Source of the DNA: Clostridia bacterium
Lineage (GTDB): Bacteria; Bacillota; Clostridia; UMGS1883
Reading direction: 5' to 3'
Assembly: GCA_045604905.1 (NCBI GenBank)
Contig: JAZUOX010000038.1
Location: 15,866-79,865, forward strand
DNA: 64,000 nt
The stretch's first letter is position 1, and the number at the start of each line of letters is the position of its first letter. A program made the translations under genes and the position numbers. Under the pieces are notes generated by a model. It ran no database searches. It was not told the DNA's origin and was given only the letters and a program-made list of their open reading frames with translations. This document shows positions 19,451 to 28,503 of the stretch, in pieces.

Positions 19451-20398
19451 ATGGGATTTATTGTATATATTTTCGCGTTTTTAAAGAATGTAATATACGG
19501 ACTGTCTGTATATTTTGTAGGAGACCTCACTAACAATGTGGATTTTATGGATGTACTGGCACTTCGCTACCTTTTCAGCTTTGTGGTGATGTGGATTCTC
19601 AAAACGCTGAAGATTCTGAAAATAAATATAGGAATCAAGGACATTTTCGTAAAAGGAGAACGCACCCCTTATCTGAAATACCTTCTTCTTTCAGCGTTGT
19701 TCGAACCTGTTCTTGAAATGTTTTTCGAAACTCTGGGCATTTCGATGACCACAGGTATTACAGCAGCTGTAATTCTCTCCCTCTCTCCTGTGGCATCCTG
19801 CATTGCAGAGGGGATTTTTCTGAAAGAAAAAACAACCGTTATGCAAAAAATTTTTCTCGGAACAGGCATTATCGGTGTTCTTTACATAGCCTTGAATACA
19901 ACCCCAAGCGGAGGCAAGGACTCTTTATCCGGAATTCTGTTTCTGGTGCTTGCCATAATTTCAGGAGCGCTGTACCTCACTTTTTCACGCAAATCAGCGG
20001 GAAGATTCAAAGCTATGGAAATATCCTACACCGCTGTATGTATGGGAGCGATTGTCTTTAACGCTATAAATGTTGTCCGTCACCTTTTTTACGGAAACAT
20101 AGAAACATACTTTGCTCCCTATTTCAAGGCAGACAATATAGCAGGTTTTATTTTCCTCAGTATTATATGTACAATAGTTGCAACCGCTATGAACAACTTT
20201 GCTCTTTCAGGTATGCAGGCATCTACCATGTCGGCATTCGGAGGGGTTTCAACCTTTGTTACGGTAATAAGCGGCGTGGTGTTTGCAGACGAAACTCTTG
20301 CGTATTTTCATGTTATCGGGCTTTCACTCATACTTATAAGAATGATTGGAGTAAGCTACATTCAGATTAAAAGGGATAAAAAGAAAAGTGTTCTTTGA
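19451..20398 (+). CDS. DMT (EamA-like) family transporter
   Basis: 315 aa with about 10 TM helices in two EamA-like halves. Confidence 0.75.
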   Translation: MGFIVYIFAFLKNVIYGLSVYFVGDLTNNVDFMDVLALRYLFSFVVMWILKTLKILKINIGIKDIFVKGERTPYLKYLLLSALFEPVLEMFFETLGISMTTGITAAVILSLSPVASCIAEGIFLKEKTTVMQKIFLGTGIIGVLYIALNTTPSGGKDSLSGILFLVLAIISGALYLTFSRKSAGRFKAMEISYTAVCMGAIVFNAINVVRHLFYGNIETYFAPYFKADNIAGFIFLSIICTIVATAMNNFALSGMQASTMSAFGGVSTFVTVISGVVFADETLAYFHVIGLSLILIRMIGVSYIQIKRDKKKSVL

Positions 20399-20402
20399 CT
20401 TG

Positions 20403-20431
20403 TTGGCAGGATGGATATCCTGCCAATTTTT
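20403..20431 (+). terminator. Intrinsic terminator of the DMT transporter gene
   Basis: Stem TTGGCAGGAT / ATCCTGCCAA with a 4-nt loop, followed by TTTTT. Confidence 0.85.
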
Positions 20432-20532
20432 ATTTACTGCATTTTTTTGTTTTTTCAAAAGAACATCTACTTTTAAACGAAGTTTTCCGTATTATGCAAC
20501 TTACAGTTGCGCAAAAACATTATCAGAGTTGC

Positions 20533-20560
20533 TTGACTCAAGGAATATTTTTGTTATGAT
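20533..20560 (+). promoter_or_regulatory. Sigma-A promoter of the HTH-glmM operon
   Basis: TTGACT (20533-20538), 16 nt spacer, TGtTATGAT (extended -10, hexamer at 20555-20560). Confidence 0.55.
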
Positions 20561-20591
20561 AAGATTAAAATAGTGTAAAAGGATGATGAAT

Positions 20592-22211
20592 ATGACAATA
20601 GGTGAAAAAATCGCACATCTTCGGATTCAGGCAAATCTTTCTCAGGAGCAGCTTGCAGAAAAAATTGATGTTTCCAGGCAGTCTGTCTCCAAATGGGAAA
20701 TGAATCAGGCTTTGCCCCAGATAGATAAAATACTTTTGATATGTGACCTTTTTGATGTATCTGCAGATGAGCTGCTGCGTGAAAAAACAGACCTCAGGTG
20801 TGTAAGAAAGGGTTCGACGGGGAATAAATACTTCGGCACAGACGGTTTCCGTGGAGAGGCAAATATTTCTCTTACCTCTATGCACGCATATAAAGTCGGA
20901 AGATTTCTCGGCTGGTATTTTTCCGCAGCATCACAGTTTAACGAAAAATCAAATTACCGCCCCAAAATAGTAATCGGTAAGGATACCCGCCGTTCGAGTT
21001 ATATGCTGGAATACTCCATCGTTGCCGGAATTACAGCATCCGGTGCAGATGCATATATGCTCCACGTCACAACAACGCCCAGCGTTTCCTATGTGACACG
21101 GCAGGAAGAATTTGACTGCGGAATTATGATTACCGCATCACACAACCCCTACTATGACAACGGAATAAAAATAATAAACCGTTACGGAGAAAAACTTGAC
21201 GACAAAACAACTGCTCTCATAGAGTCATACATAGACGGAGATATGAAACCTTTTGGAGTTGTCGGAGACGACCTTCCCCTTGCCCGTAAAGATAAAATAG
21301 GACAGATTGTCGACCATGTATCCGGCAGAAACAGGTATGTAGGTTATCTTATTTCTTTGGCATCAAACTCTTACAAGAAGCTGAGAATCGGTCTTGACTG
21401 CGCAAACGGAGCTTCCTGGACTATTGCAAAATCGGTTTTCGGTGCTTTGGGTGCACAGACTACCGTCATAGGGGATGAGCCCGACGGTCTGAATGTTAAC
21501 CGTGACTGCGGGTCTACTTCTCCCGAAAGATTATGCAGGCTAATTAAAGAAAATCATCTTGACGTAGGTTTTGCCTTTGACGGTGACTGCGACAGATGTA
21601 TTGCCGTTGACTCTGACGGAAACGTTGTTGACGGTGACAAAATGATGTATGTTCTGGCAAAAAGGCTAAAATCAAGAGGTATGCTCAATAAGAACACAGT
21701 AGTTTCGACCATTATGTCAAACAGCGGTTTTGTCGCAAGTCTGAAAAAAGATGGCATAAACTGTGTACAGACCAAGGTCGGAGACAGATTTGTCTATGAA
21801 AGTATGCAACAAAACGACTATGCTCTGGGCGGAGAACAGTCCGGGCATATCATTATAAAAAAATATGCCACAACAGGCGACGGTCTTCTGACTGCTATTA
21901 TGATATGTGAAGAAATATGCGACAGCAAGCTGACACTTACAGAGCTTACAAAATCTGTTATGCTCTATCCTCAGTACACAATAAGTGTACGGGTAAGTAA
22001 TAAAGATGCTGTACTTAAGGACAAAGCAGTTCTTACAATACTTGAAAACGTTGAGAAAACTCTTTGCGGCAAAGGCAGAGCTGTTATTCGACAAAGCGGT
22101 ACTGAGCCTGTTATACGGATTATGACAGAAGCAGAAAGTGAAGCGCTTTGCAAAGAATATGCCGACAGTATTGCTTCAGTTATCAAGGAACGGGGGTACT
22201 GCATTGAGTGA
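20592..22211 (+). CDS. glmM: XRE-type HTH domain fused to phosphoglucosamine mutase
   Basis: The N-terminus MTIGEKIAHLRIQANLSQEQLAEKIDVSRQSVSKWEMNQ is a Cro/C1 HTH. It is followed by KYFGTDGFRGEAN, TASHNPYYDNGIK, FDGDCDR, GGEQSGH and RQSGTEPVIR. I prefer the ATG at 20592 (AGGA 8 nt upstream) over 20583 or 20586. Confidence 0.8.
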   Translation: MTIGEKIAHLRIQANLSQEQLAEKIDVSRQSVSKWEMNQALPQIDKILLICDLFDVSADELLREKTDLRCVRKGSTGNKYFGTDGFRGEANISLTSMHAYKVGRFLGWYFSAASQFNEKSNYRPKIVIGKDTRRSSYMLEYSIVAGITASGADAYMLHVTTTPSVSYVTRQEEFDCGIMITASHNPYYDNGIKIINRYGEKLDDKTTALIESYIDGDMKPFGVVGDDLPLARKDKIGQIVDHVSGRNRYVGYLISLASNSYKKLRIGLDCANGASWTIAKSVFGALGAQTTVIGDEPDGLNVNRDCGSTSPERLCRLIKENHLDVGFAFDGDCDRCIAVDSDGNVVDGDKMMYVLAKRLKSRGMLNKNTVVSTIMSNSGFVASLKKDGINCVQTKVGDRFVYESMQQNDYALGGEQSGHIIIKKYATTGDGLLTAIMICEEICDSKLTLTELTKSVMLYPQYTISVRVSNKDAVLKDKAVLTILENVEKTLCGKGRAVIRQSGTEPVIRIMTEAESEALCKEYADSIASVIKERGYCIE

Positions 22212-22866
22212 TAAAATTAAAACCGCAAACCTTTTTGATTGCAAAACGGAATACATTTCTCCTCTTTTTGAAAATTCTGAGTACCCTTGGGAAATTCTTC
22301 CGAAAATCAAAGAATATATTCTCAAGCTTATAAATAACGGGATTGACGGTTATACACAGATTTCACCCGGAGTTCTTGTGGGGGAAAATGTGAAAATCTA
22401 CCCTACTGCTACAATAGAAGCTCCCGCAATAATAGGTAAAAACAGCGAAATAAGGCCGGGGGCATTTATTCGTGGAAATGTAATTACCGGAGAAAAATGT
22501 GTTCTCGGCAACTCAAGTGAATTTAAAAATTGTATTTTACTTGACTGCGTGCAAGTTCCGCATTATAATTATGTAGGAGACTCCATTTTTGGCAATAACA
22601 CCCATACCGGTGCAGGGACCATTTGTTCCAACTTGAAAACCGATGGAAAAAATGTAGTTATACATGCGGATAAAGACTTTGAAACGGGACTACGGAAAAT
22701 CGGTGCAATCCTTGCCGATGGTGCAGATGTGGGCTGTGGATGCGTACTGAATCCCGGAACGATTGTCGGAAAAAACACATCTGTTTATCCGATGACAACT
22801 CTCCGCGGTGTGTTCGGAGAAGGGCTTATTGTCAAAAGTGCAGACAATATAGTCAAAAGAAGTTAG
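22204..22866 (+). CDS. Left-handed beta-helix acetyltransferase resembling the GlmU C-terminal (GlcN-1-P N-acetyltransferase) domain, with no nucleotidyltransferase domain
   Basis: Hexapeptide repeats. HYNYVGDSIFGNNTHTGAGTICSNLKTDGKN parallels GlmU HLSYLGDA..GAGTITCNYDG. The probable TTG start at 22204 (GGGGGT upstream) overlaps the glmM stop. The start is uncertain. Confidence 0.65.
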   Translation: MSDKIKTANLFDCKTEYISPLFENSEYPWEILPKIKEYILKLINNGIDGYTQISPGVLVGENVKIYPTATIEAPAIIGKNSEIRPGAFIRGNVITGEKCVLGNSSEFKNCILLDCVQVPHYNYVGDSIFGNNTHTGAGTICSNLKTDGKNVVIHADKDFETGLRKIGAILADGADVGCGCVLNPGTIVGKNTSVYPMTTLRGVFGEGLIVKSADNIVKRS

Positions 22867-22878
22867 GAGAGATTTTTT

Positions 22879-23589
22879 ATGAATTTTATCAAAGTAGAAA
22901 GCTATGAAGAGCTCAGCAAAAAAGCTGCAGGCATTATTGCGGCTCAGGTTATTATGAAACCTGACTGCGTACTTGGTCTTGCAACAGGCTCATCACCTCT
23001 CGGTACATATGCAAACCTTGCAAAAATGTGTGACGCAGGAGAACTGGATTTTTCAAAAGTTACATCTGTTAACCTTGACGAATATGCAGGTCTTGATGGC
23101 ACTCATGACCAAAGCTACAGGTATTTTATGGATACAAACCTTTTCTCAAAGGTTAACATCGTAAAAGATAAGACTTTTGTTCCCAGCGGCATCGCAGATG
23201 ACCTTGTAAAAGAAGGCGAGGAGTACGACAAGCTTATAGAATCACTTGGCGGAATTGACCTTCAGCTTCTCGGAATTGGTCTTGACGGACATATCGGCTT
23301 CAATGAGCCTGATAGCGTATTCACTGCTGAAACTCATCCCGTAAAGCTTGACGAGTCCACTATTGAAGCTAATGCTCGTTTCTTTGCATCTAAGGATGAT
23401 GTTCCCCGTCAGGCAATCACCATGGGGATGAAGTCAATTATGCAGGCAAAGAAGATTCTTCTTATAGCAAACGGACAGAATAAGAAAGCCATTCTTGAAA
23501 AAGCCTTTAACGGTCCGGTTGACCCCATGGTACCGGCATCAATTCTCCAGTTACATCCTGATGTAACCGTAATTTTTGCAGAAAACTAA
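22879..23589 (+). CDS. nagB: Glucosamine-6-phosphate deaminase
   Basis: VLGLATGSSPLGTY and GLDGHIGFNEP motifs. The RBS is AGGAGAG. Confidence 0.95.
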   Translation: MNFIKVESYEELSKKAAGIIAAQVIMKPDCVLGLATGSSPLGTYANLAKMCDAGELDFSKVTSVNLDEYAGLDGTHDQSYRYFMDTNLFSKVNIVKDKTFVPSGIADDLVKEGEEYDKLIESLGGIDLQLLGIGLDGHIGFNEPDSVFTAETHPVKLDESTIEANARFFASKDDVPRQAITMGMKSIMQAKKILLIANGQNKKAILEKAFNGPVDPMVPASILQLHPDVTVIFAEN

Positions 23590-23603
23590 ACTTAATAAGC
23601 ATA

Positions 23604-23643
23604 ACAAAAATACTGTAAGCGTACCTGCTTACAGTATTTTTGT
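23604..23643. terminator. Bidirectional intrinsic terminator (nagB / yigZ)
   Basis: 17-bp perfect stem ACAAAAATACTGTAAGC / GCTTACAGTATTTTTGT with a 6-nt loop. A/T runs are built into both ends. Confidence 0.85.
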
Positions 23644-24255
23644 TATATATTCACCCTCAAGCTCTGTTATTTGTGCCGTTCCGTTTGAAATATCCTGAAT
23701 GGATTTTATAAATTTATCTTCTTCTCCGTGTTGTACCCCGATTGTGAGAACCACGTCGTTTTCAAACGCGCTGTCCTTGAGAATATACCCCTCAGTGTTT
23801 ACGGCATATTCTACCTTTCCATAGGTGGAATAGTCACATTTTACAAGATACATACTGCAGTATAATTTTTCAATTCTGACTGCTGCGTCAACACCTAATT
23901 TTGCTGCCTTGCCGTATGCACGGACAAGACCGCCCGCTCCCAGCAACACACCGCCGAAATAGCGGGTTACTACAACGCATATATCCGTCAGATTCTCTTT
24001 TTTGAGCACCTCCAGAACCGGCACGCCTGCCGTTCCTGCAGGCTCTCCGTCGTCGCTGTAACGCATAATATTATCTTCACGCAGTATATATGCATACACA
24101 TTATGCGTTGCCTGACGGTGCAGTGCGCGTATTTCATTTATAAAATCTATTGCCTCGTCCTGAGTTTTTACAGGACGGCAGTATCCGATAAAGCGGCTCT
24201 TTTTTTCTATCATCTCATCCGATGCATCATTCTGCACCGTTCTGTAATTCTGCAT
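23629..24255 (-). CDS. yigZ: YigZ / IMPACT family protein
   Basis: KKSRFIGYCRPVKTQDEAIDFINEIRALHRQATHNVYAYIL is the UPF0029 signature. Confidence 0.85.
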   Translation of the reverse strand: MQNYRTVQNDASDEMIEKKSRFIGYCRPVKTQDEAIDFINEIRALHRQATHNVYAYILREDNIMRYSDDGEPAGTAGVPVLEVLKKENLTDICVVVTRYFGGVLLGAGGLVRAYGKAAKLGVDAAVRIEKLYCSMYLVKCDYSTYGKVEYAVNTEGYILKDSAFENDVVLTIGVQHGEEDKFIKSIQDISNGTAQITELEGEYITKIL

Positions 24256-24268
24256 TTTTGTAGTCCTT

Positions 24269-25531
24269 TCAAACTATATAATTACGGAGTCTGGCATAAA
24301 GCGCCTCATCCGCCAGAAGCACCATTTTTGTACCCTCTGCTTCGTAGCTTTCTTCAAGAATCACCTCGTCCTCGTGCAAAAGCGCAGCCGTTTTACTGTC
24401 AGAGTATGGTATAAGCACTTCAATCTGCACTTTTTTCCCGGGAAGTGCATCGTGCAGAAGTTCCGTCAGCTCATCCATACCCTCTCCGCTTTTTGCACTG
24501 ACAGACACAAAGTCTGTGTAGTTGCCCTCAGGCCGCGGAGAAAGTGGCGGAGCAACGTCACACTTGTTAAATACTGCAATAATCCTTTGTGCACGACATC
24601 CCAGACTCTGTATAAGATCATCAACAACTCTCATCTGACTGTGCATTTCAGGATTTGATGAGTCTATTACGTGCACAAGCACATCTGCAAGTACTGCTTC
24701 GTCAAGCGTGGATTTAAAAGCTTCGATAAGATGGTGCGGAAGCTTTCGTATGAATCCTACGGTATCCACAATAACTGCGTTACGGTCATCGGGAAGCGGA
24801 AGCTTTCTTACAGTAGGATCAAGAGTTGCAAAAAGCATATTTTCTGCAAGTACTTCTGAATCTGTCAGACGGTTAAGAATTGTGCTTTTTCCTGCATTTG
24901 TGTAACCCACAAGCGCAGCAACAACCACATTATCCTTTTCTCTGCGATTTCTCTGCAGGTCTCTGTGAGCCTGTATTTCCCGAAGTTCTTCTTCAAGCGA
25001 ATGTATTCTTCTGTGTATATGACGGCGGTCTGTTTCAAGCTTGGTTTCACCGGGACCTCTGGTGCCGATACCTGCGCCCAGCCTTGACATTGCCGCACCC
25101 ATACCGGAAAGTCTCGGAAGGCTGTAACGGAGCTGCGCCAGCTCAACCTGAATTTTACCTTCCTTTGAAATCGCCCTTTGGGCAAATATATCAAGGATAA
25201 GCGTACTTCTGTCAATGGTACGCACACCGGTATAATTTTCTATATTCCGGATCTGACTTCCCGTAAGTTCATCATCGAAAATAAGCAGCGTTGCTTCAAG
25301 TTCTTTTGCTGCCAATCTCAGCTCTTCAATCTTCCCCTCTCCGAAATAAGTAGACGTTTCGGGATGGTCCTTGTTCTGGATTATCTCCCCTACGACTTCT
25401 GCCTGCGCAGTGAGCGTAAGTTCATAAAGTTCTGACATTGACTCTTCCGTTGTATCTTCAAGCGTATTAAGTTTTCCCGTGTGGACACCGCAAAGAATTA
25501 CTCTTTCGGTTTCTTTTTTTGTTTCGTGCAA
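24269..25531 (-). CDS. hflX: GTPase HflX
   Basis: HflX N-domain plus the G1 motif ALVGYTNAGKSTILNRLT. The TTG start has GGGAGG 8 nt upstream. Confidence 0.95.
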   Translation of the reverse strand: MHETKKETERVILCGVHTGKLNTLEDTTEESMSELYELTLTAQAEVVGEIIQNKDHPETSTYFGEGKIEELRLAAKELEATLLIFDDELTGSQIRNIENYTGVRTIDRSTLILDIFAQRAISKEGKIQVELAQLRYSLPRLSGMGAAMSRLGAGIGTRGPGETKLETDRRHIHRRIHSLEEELREIQAHRDLQRNRREKDNVVVAALVGYTNAGKSTILNRLTDSEVLAENMLFATLDPTVRKLPLPDDRNAVIVDTVGFIRKLPHHLIEAFKSTLDEAVLADVLVHVIDSSNPEMHSQMRVVDDLIQSLGCRAQRIIAVFNKCDVAPPLSPRPEGNYTDFVSVSAKSGEGMDELTELLHDALPGKKVQIEVLIPYSDSKTAALLHEDEVILEESYEAEGTKMVLLADEALYARLRNYIV

Positions 25532-25581
25532 AATAAAAACCTCCCGATTGGGGTATATATATTATAAAAGGATGGTGCTTT

Positions 25582-26043
25582 ATGAAAAAAGCTTTATATG
25601 TTTTACTGACCTTGCCCGTTTGTGCTGTTTTCGGTTTCACAAAACTATGGTGCGGATTTTCCGCCGTCTATTTTCTTTTTCTTTTTAAAGGAATCGGTAA
25701 ACCAACACTTTGGGAAATCCCGATGGCAATCCTCGCCTGTAGCATAGTAAAAGACCTTACTGCAGGACAGACAGCTTTGGGAATAAGGTTTTTAATTCCG
25801 TCTGCGGCACTTTTGACAGCTTTTTTTACGCCAAAAAAACTACTACCCTTTTTTGCCGTTTCAATAGTTTCGCTTATACTCAGAAATGACTACGGCTTAT
25901 CTGCTATATTTGCTGCCATGTGGTGTAGCGGCAGAGATTTTATAATCCGCAGGCAAACTACTTTAGGTTATTCTAACACAGAAAAGTCATTTTTACAAGA
26001 TTGTAACAGAGAAAAATATGTTGAGATTCCCAAAAAAATGTGA
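25582..26043 (+). CDS. Small membrane protein, unknown function
   Basis: 153 aa with 4 hydrophobic segments. The RBS is AAAGGA. I recognised no family. Confidence 0.5.
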   Translation: MKKALYVLLTLPVCAVFGFTKLWCGFSAVYFLFLFKGIGKPTLWEIPMAILACSIVKDLTAGQTALGIRFLIPSAALLTAFFTPKKLLPFFAVSIVSLILRNDYGLSAIFAAMWCSGRDFIIRRQTTLGYSNTEKSFLQDCNREKYVEIPKKM

Positions 26044-26117
26044 TATGATGACGACAGTTATTTTAATAAGCACGTCTTCACAATGTACAGAAGACGGCAG
26101 AAACGGGAATTATCGCT

Positions 26118-27053
26118 ATGGACAAAAAGCTTTACTTTGCCCCGCTTGAGGGCATAACTACATATATGTACAGAAATATCCACAATGATTTGTTCGGTGG
26201 ATGTGATGCCTACTACGCACCTTTTATAACTCCCAGCGACAACGAAAAAATCGGGCGGAAAGGTTTTCGGGATATACTGCCGGAAAACAACTGTGGAGTG
26301 AATCTGAAACTTCAGGTACTTACAAACAACTCCGGTTCATTTTTAAGATTCTGCGATAAAATCAAAGAATATGGTCATAATGAAATAAACATAAACCTCG
26401 GCTGTCCGTCCGGAACTGTTACGGGGAAAGGCAGAGGGTCGGGTTTCCTCAAAAATCCGGCTGCGCTTGATGAATTCTTCGGAGAAATTTTCAAAAAATC
26501 CGATATTGAAATCACAGTAAAAACAAGAATCGGTTTTTCTTCCCCTGATGAATTTAATGAACTTATGAAAATATACAACCGCTACCCGATTTCGCTTCTT
26601 GTTATTCATCCGCGCACAAGGGCAGATTTTTACAAAGGGGCGCTGCATCGCGAATCGTTTGAAAAAGCATACAAAATGGCTTCAATGCCTCTTTGCTATA
26701 ACGGTGATATCAGAACAACCGATGATATCAGTGGAATTTTTAATTTGTTTCCTGAAATTAACAGCGTGATGATTGGCAGGGGCGCAATCCGTAACCCTGC
26801 TATATTCAGGGAAATACGCGGCGGAAAGAAGCTCACCACGCAGGAACTTATTACCTTTTCAAAAGTTTTGGCAGAAAGCTACAACAATCATCTTGATACC
26901 CCTGTATATACCCTTCACAAGCTTAAGGAAGTGTGGCTTTTTATGATGGAGAACTTCCCTGAGGAAACAAAAATCCTTAAGACAGTCAGAAAAGCAAATA
27001 AGCTTCATGAGCTTATGAATGCGATAGAGTATCTCCCCGAAATAGCACGCTGA
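26118..27053 (+). CDS. tRNA-dihydrouridine synthase family flavoprotein
   Basis: FAPLEGITT, EININLGCPSGTV and VIHPRT motifs typical of the Dus/TIM-barrel FMN family. Confidence 0.75.
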   Translation: MDKKLYFAPLEGITTYMYRNIHNDLFGGCDAYYAPFITPSDNEKIGRKGFRDILPENNCGVNLKLQVLTNNSGSFLRFCDKIKEYGHNEININLGCPSGTVTGKGRGSGFLKNPAALDEFFGEIFKKSDIEITVKTRIGFSSPDEFNELMKIYNRYPISLLVIHPRTRADFYKGALHRESFEKAYKMASMPLCYNGDIRTTDDISGIFNLFPEINSVMIGRGAIRNPAIFREIRGGKKLTTQELITFSKVLAESYNNHLDTPVYTLHKLKEVWLFMMENFPEETKILKTVRKANKLHELMNAIEYLPEIAR

Positions 27054-27082
27054 TTTTGTGCCGGAGCTTTCCTTGCTATAAT

Positions 27083-27123
27083 AAAAAAGGATGTTGAAAA
27101 CTAATTTTTCAACATCCTTTTTG
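27083..27123. terminator. Bidirectional intrinsic terminator (dus-like / lipoprotein)
   Basis: 15-bp stem AAAGGATGTTGAAAA / TTTTCAACATCCTTT with a 5-nt loop, flanked by A-runs and T-runs. Confidence 0.85.
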
Positions 27124-27477
27124 TTATTCCTTGGGAAGTTCTACACTCTGACCTTCCATACCTCCGAGAAATTCTCCCACTACTTCAAGAAGCTCCGCTT
27201 TTCTTTCGGCAGAGGTATTCTCATCGTTAATTTCCTCTATAAGAGCCGTAAGCTCATCTCCTGTTTTTATATCTTCCGCCTCTTTAATATGCTCTGTTTT
27301 TACAGGTTCCTTTTTTTCTTCAGCCGGTTCTGAAGTTTCTCCGTCTTTTGCTTTTTCGGTTTCTGCATTTTCCGTTTTTGCTTCATTTGACTCAGTTGCC
27401 GGTTCTTCAGTCTGCTTTGAGCATCCTGATACAAAGACTACTGCTAAAACCAATAATAATGCAAGTATTTTTTTCAT
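27124..27477 (-). CDS. Acidic low-complexity lipoprotein
   Basis: Signal peptide with the lipobox VFVSGC. The mature part is rich in Glu, Lys and Thr. Confidence 0.65.
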   Translation of the reverse strand: MKKILALLLVLAVVFVSGCSKQTEEPATESNEAKTENAETEKAKDGETSEPAEEKKEPVKTEHIKEAEDIKTGDELTALIEEINDENTSAERKAELLEVVGEFLGGMEGQSVELPKE

Positions 27478-27572
27478 ATCAAATCATCTCCTTATATACA
27501 TTGTAGTACGACTTTCTGTTAATTGCAAGATATTTATTTTTTCCATATTTTGTATGTTTCAGAAATTTACTG

Positions 27573-27601
27573 TTGATTATTCGGAGAATATGTGTTATCA
27601 T
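27573..27601 (+). promoter_or_regulatory. Candidate sigma-A promoter of the acyltransferase/ligase pair
   Basis: TTGATT (27573-27578), 17 nt spacer, TGtTATCAT (hexamer at 27596-27601). Confidence 0.45.
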
Positions 27602-27636
27602 ACTATATATTGTAGTTTGATGTAAAGAGGTGTACT

Positions 27637-28503
27637 ATGCGAAGACTTGGAGACAGATACGATGCTTACCGCATCCGCGACATAGACGGAATGCATTTTT
27701 ATATGGCATATCTGATGCCCAAAAGGACAGATGCCGAGGTTTATATCAACGAAAAAATTGATGTGACAGAACTTATGCGTTACATTAAAGAGAAAAACGC
27801 ATCGGGAGAGCGCAAGGTAACGGTTTTTCACTGTGTAATTGCTGCAGTTGCCAGAACTCTGAGGATGCGTCCTCTGCTTAACCGTTATATTTCAGGCAAA
27901 CGCTACTATATGCGTCATAAAATTTCCATGGGTTTTACTATCAAGAAGAGATTTCTTGACCATGCCGAAGAGTCGCTGGTTATTTACACCCCCGAGGACG
28001 AGGAAAATCTCTGTGCCATAACGGACAGACTTTCCCCTCAGATTAAAAAAGCAAAGCGCGAAGACAAGGGGCAGAGCGTGGACGACATACTGAACATTGT
28101 CAAAAAGCTCCCCAAACCGATTATGCATATTTTTATGGCATTCATGCGTTATGCAGATAATCACGGACTTATGCCGAAATCCTTCAGCAGTGTTGACCCT
28201 AACTACTGCAGTGTAATGCTTTCAAATCTTGGCAGTATAAAGTGCGACGCCGTATATCATCATCTCAACAACTTCGGCACAAACGGCATCGTGATAACAA
28301 TCGGAGAAGTTCACAAAGAAATTATGCTTAATGATGACGGAGAACAGGAAGCACGCGATATTATGAATATCGGAGTAACTCTTGACGAAAGAATTGCAGA
28401 CGGTTTTTATTTTGCAAGATCTCTCAAGCTTATAAAATATTTATTTAAAAACCCGCACATCCTTGACAAAACTTTAGGGGAGGAGATTGAATTTGAGTTC
28501 TGA
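27637..28503 (+). CDS. 2-oxoacid dehydrogenase E2 / CAT-fold acyltransferase catalytic domain only (no lipoyl domain)
   Basis: LSNLGSI.. and the C-terminal GVTLDERIADGFYFARSL align to the E2 motifs ISNLG and SxDHRxxDGAxxARF. The catalytic-His position reads Glu. Confidence 0.65.
   Translation: MRRLGDRYDAYRIRDIDGMHFYMAYLMPKRTDAEVYINEKIDVTELMRYIKEKNASGERKVTVFHCVIAAVARTLRMRPLLNRYISGKRYYMRHKISMGFTIKKRFLDHAEESLVIYTPEDEENLCAITDRLSPQIKKAKREDKGQSVDDILNIVKKLPKPIMHIFMAFMRYADNHGLMPKSFSSVDPNYCSVMLSNLGSIKCDAVYHHLNNFGTNGIVITIGEVHKEIMLNDDGEQEARDIMNIGVTLDERIADGFYFARSLKLIKYLFKNPHILDKTLGEEIEFEF

Noticed and set aside
27494-27625. Repeated 8-mer ATTGTAGT (TATAcATTGTAGT and TATATATTGTAGT) in the lipoprotein/acyltransferase intergenic region
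   Set aside because: The match is short and sits in AT-rich DNA. Chance recurrence of an 8-mer within about 160 nt is not negligible, and the context shows no symmetry.
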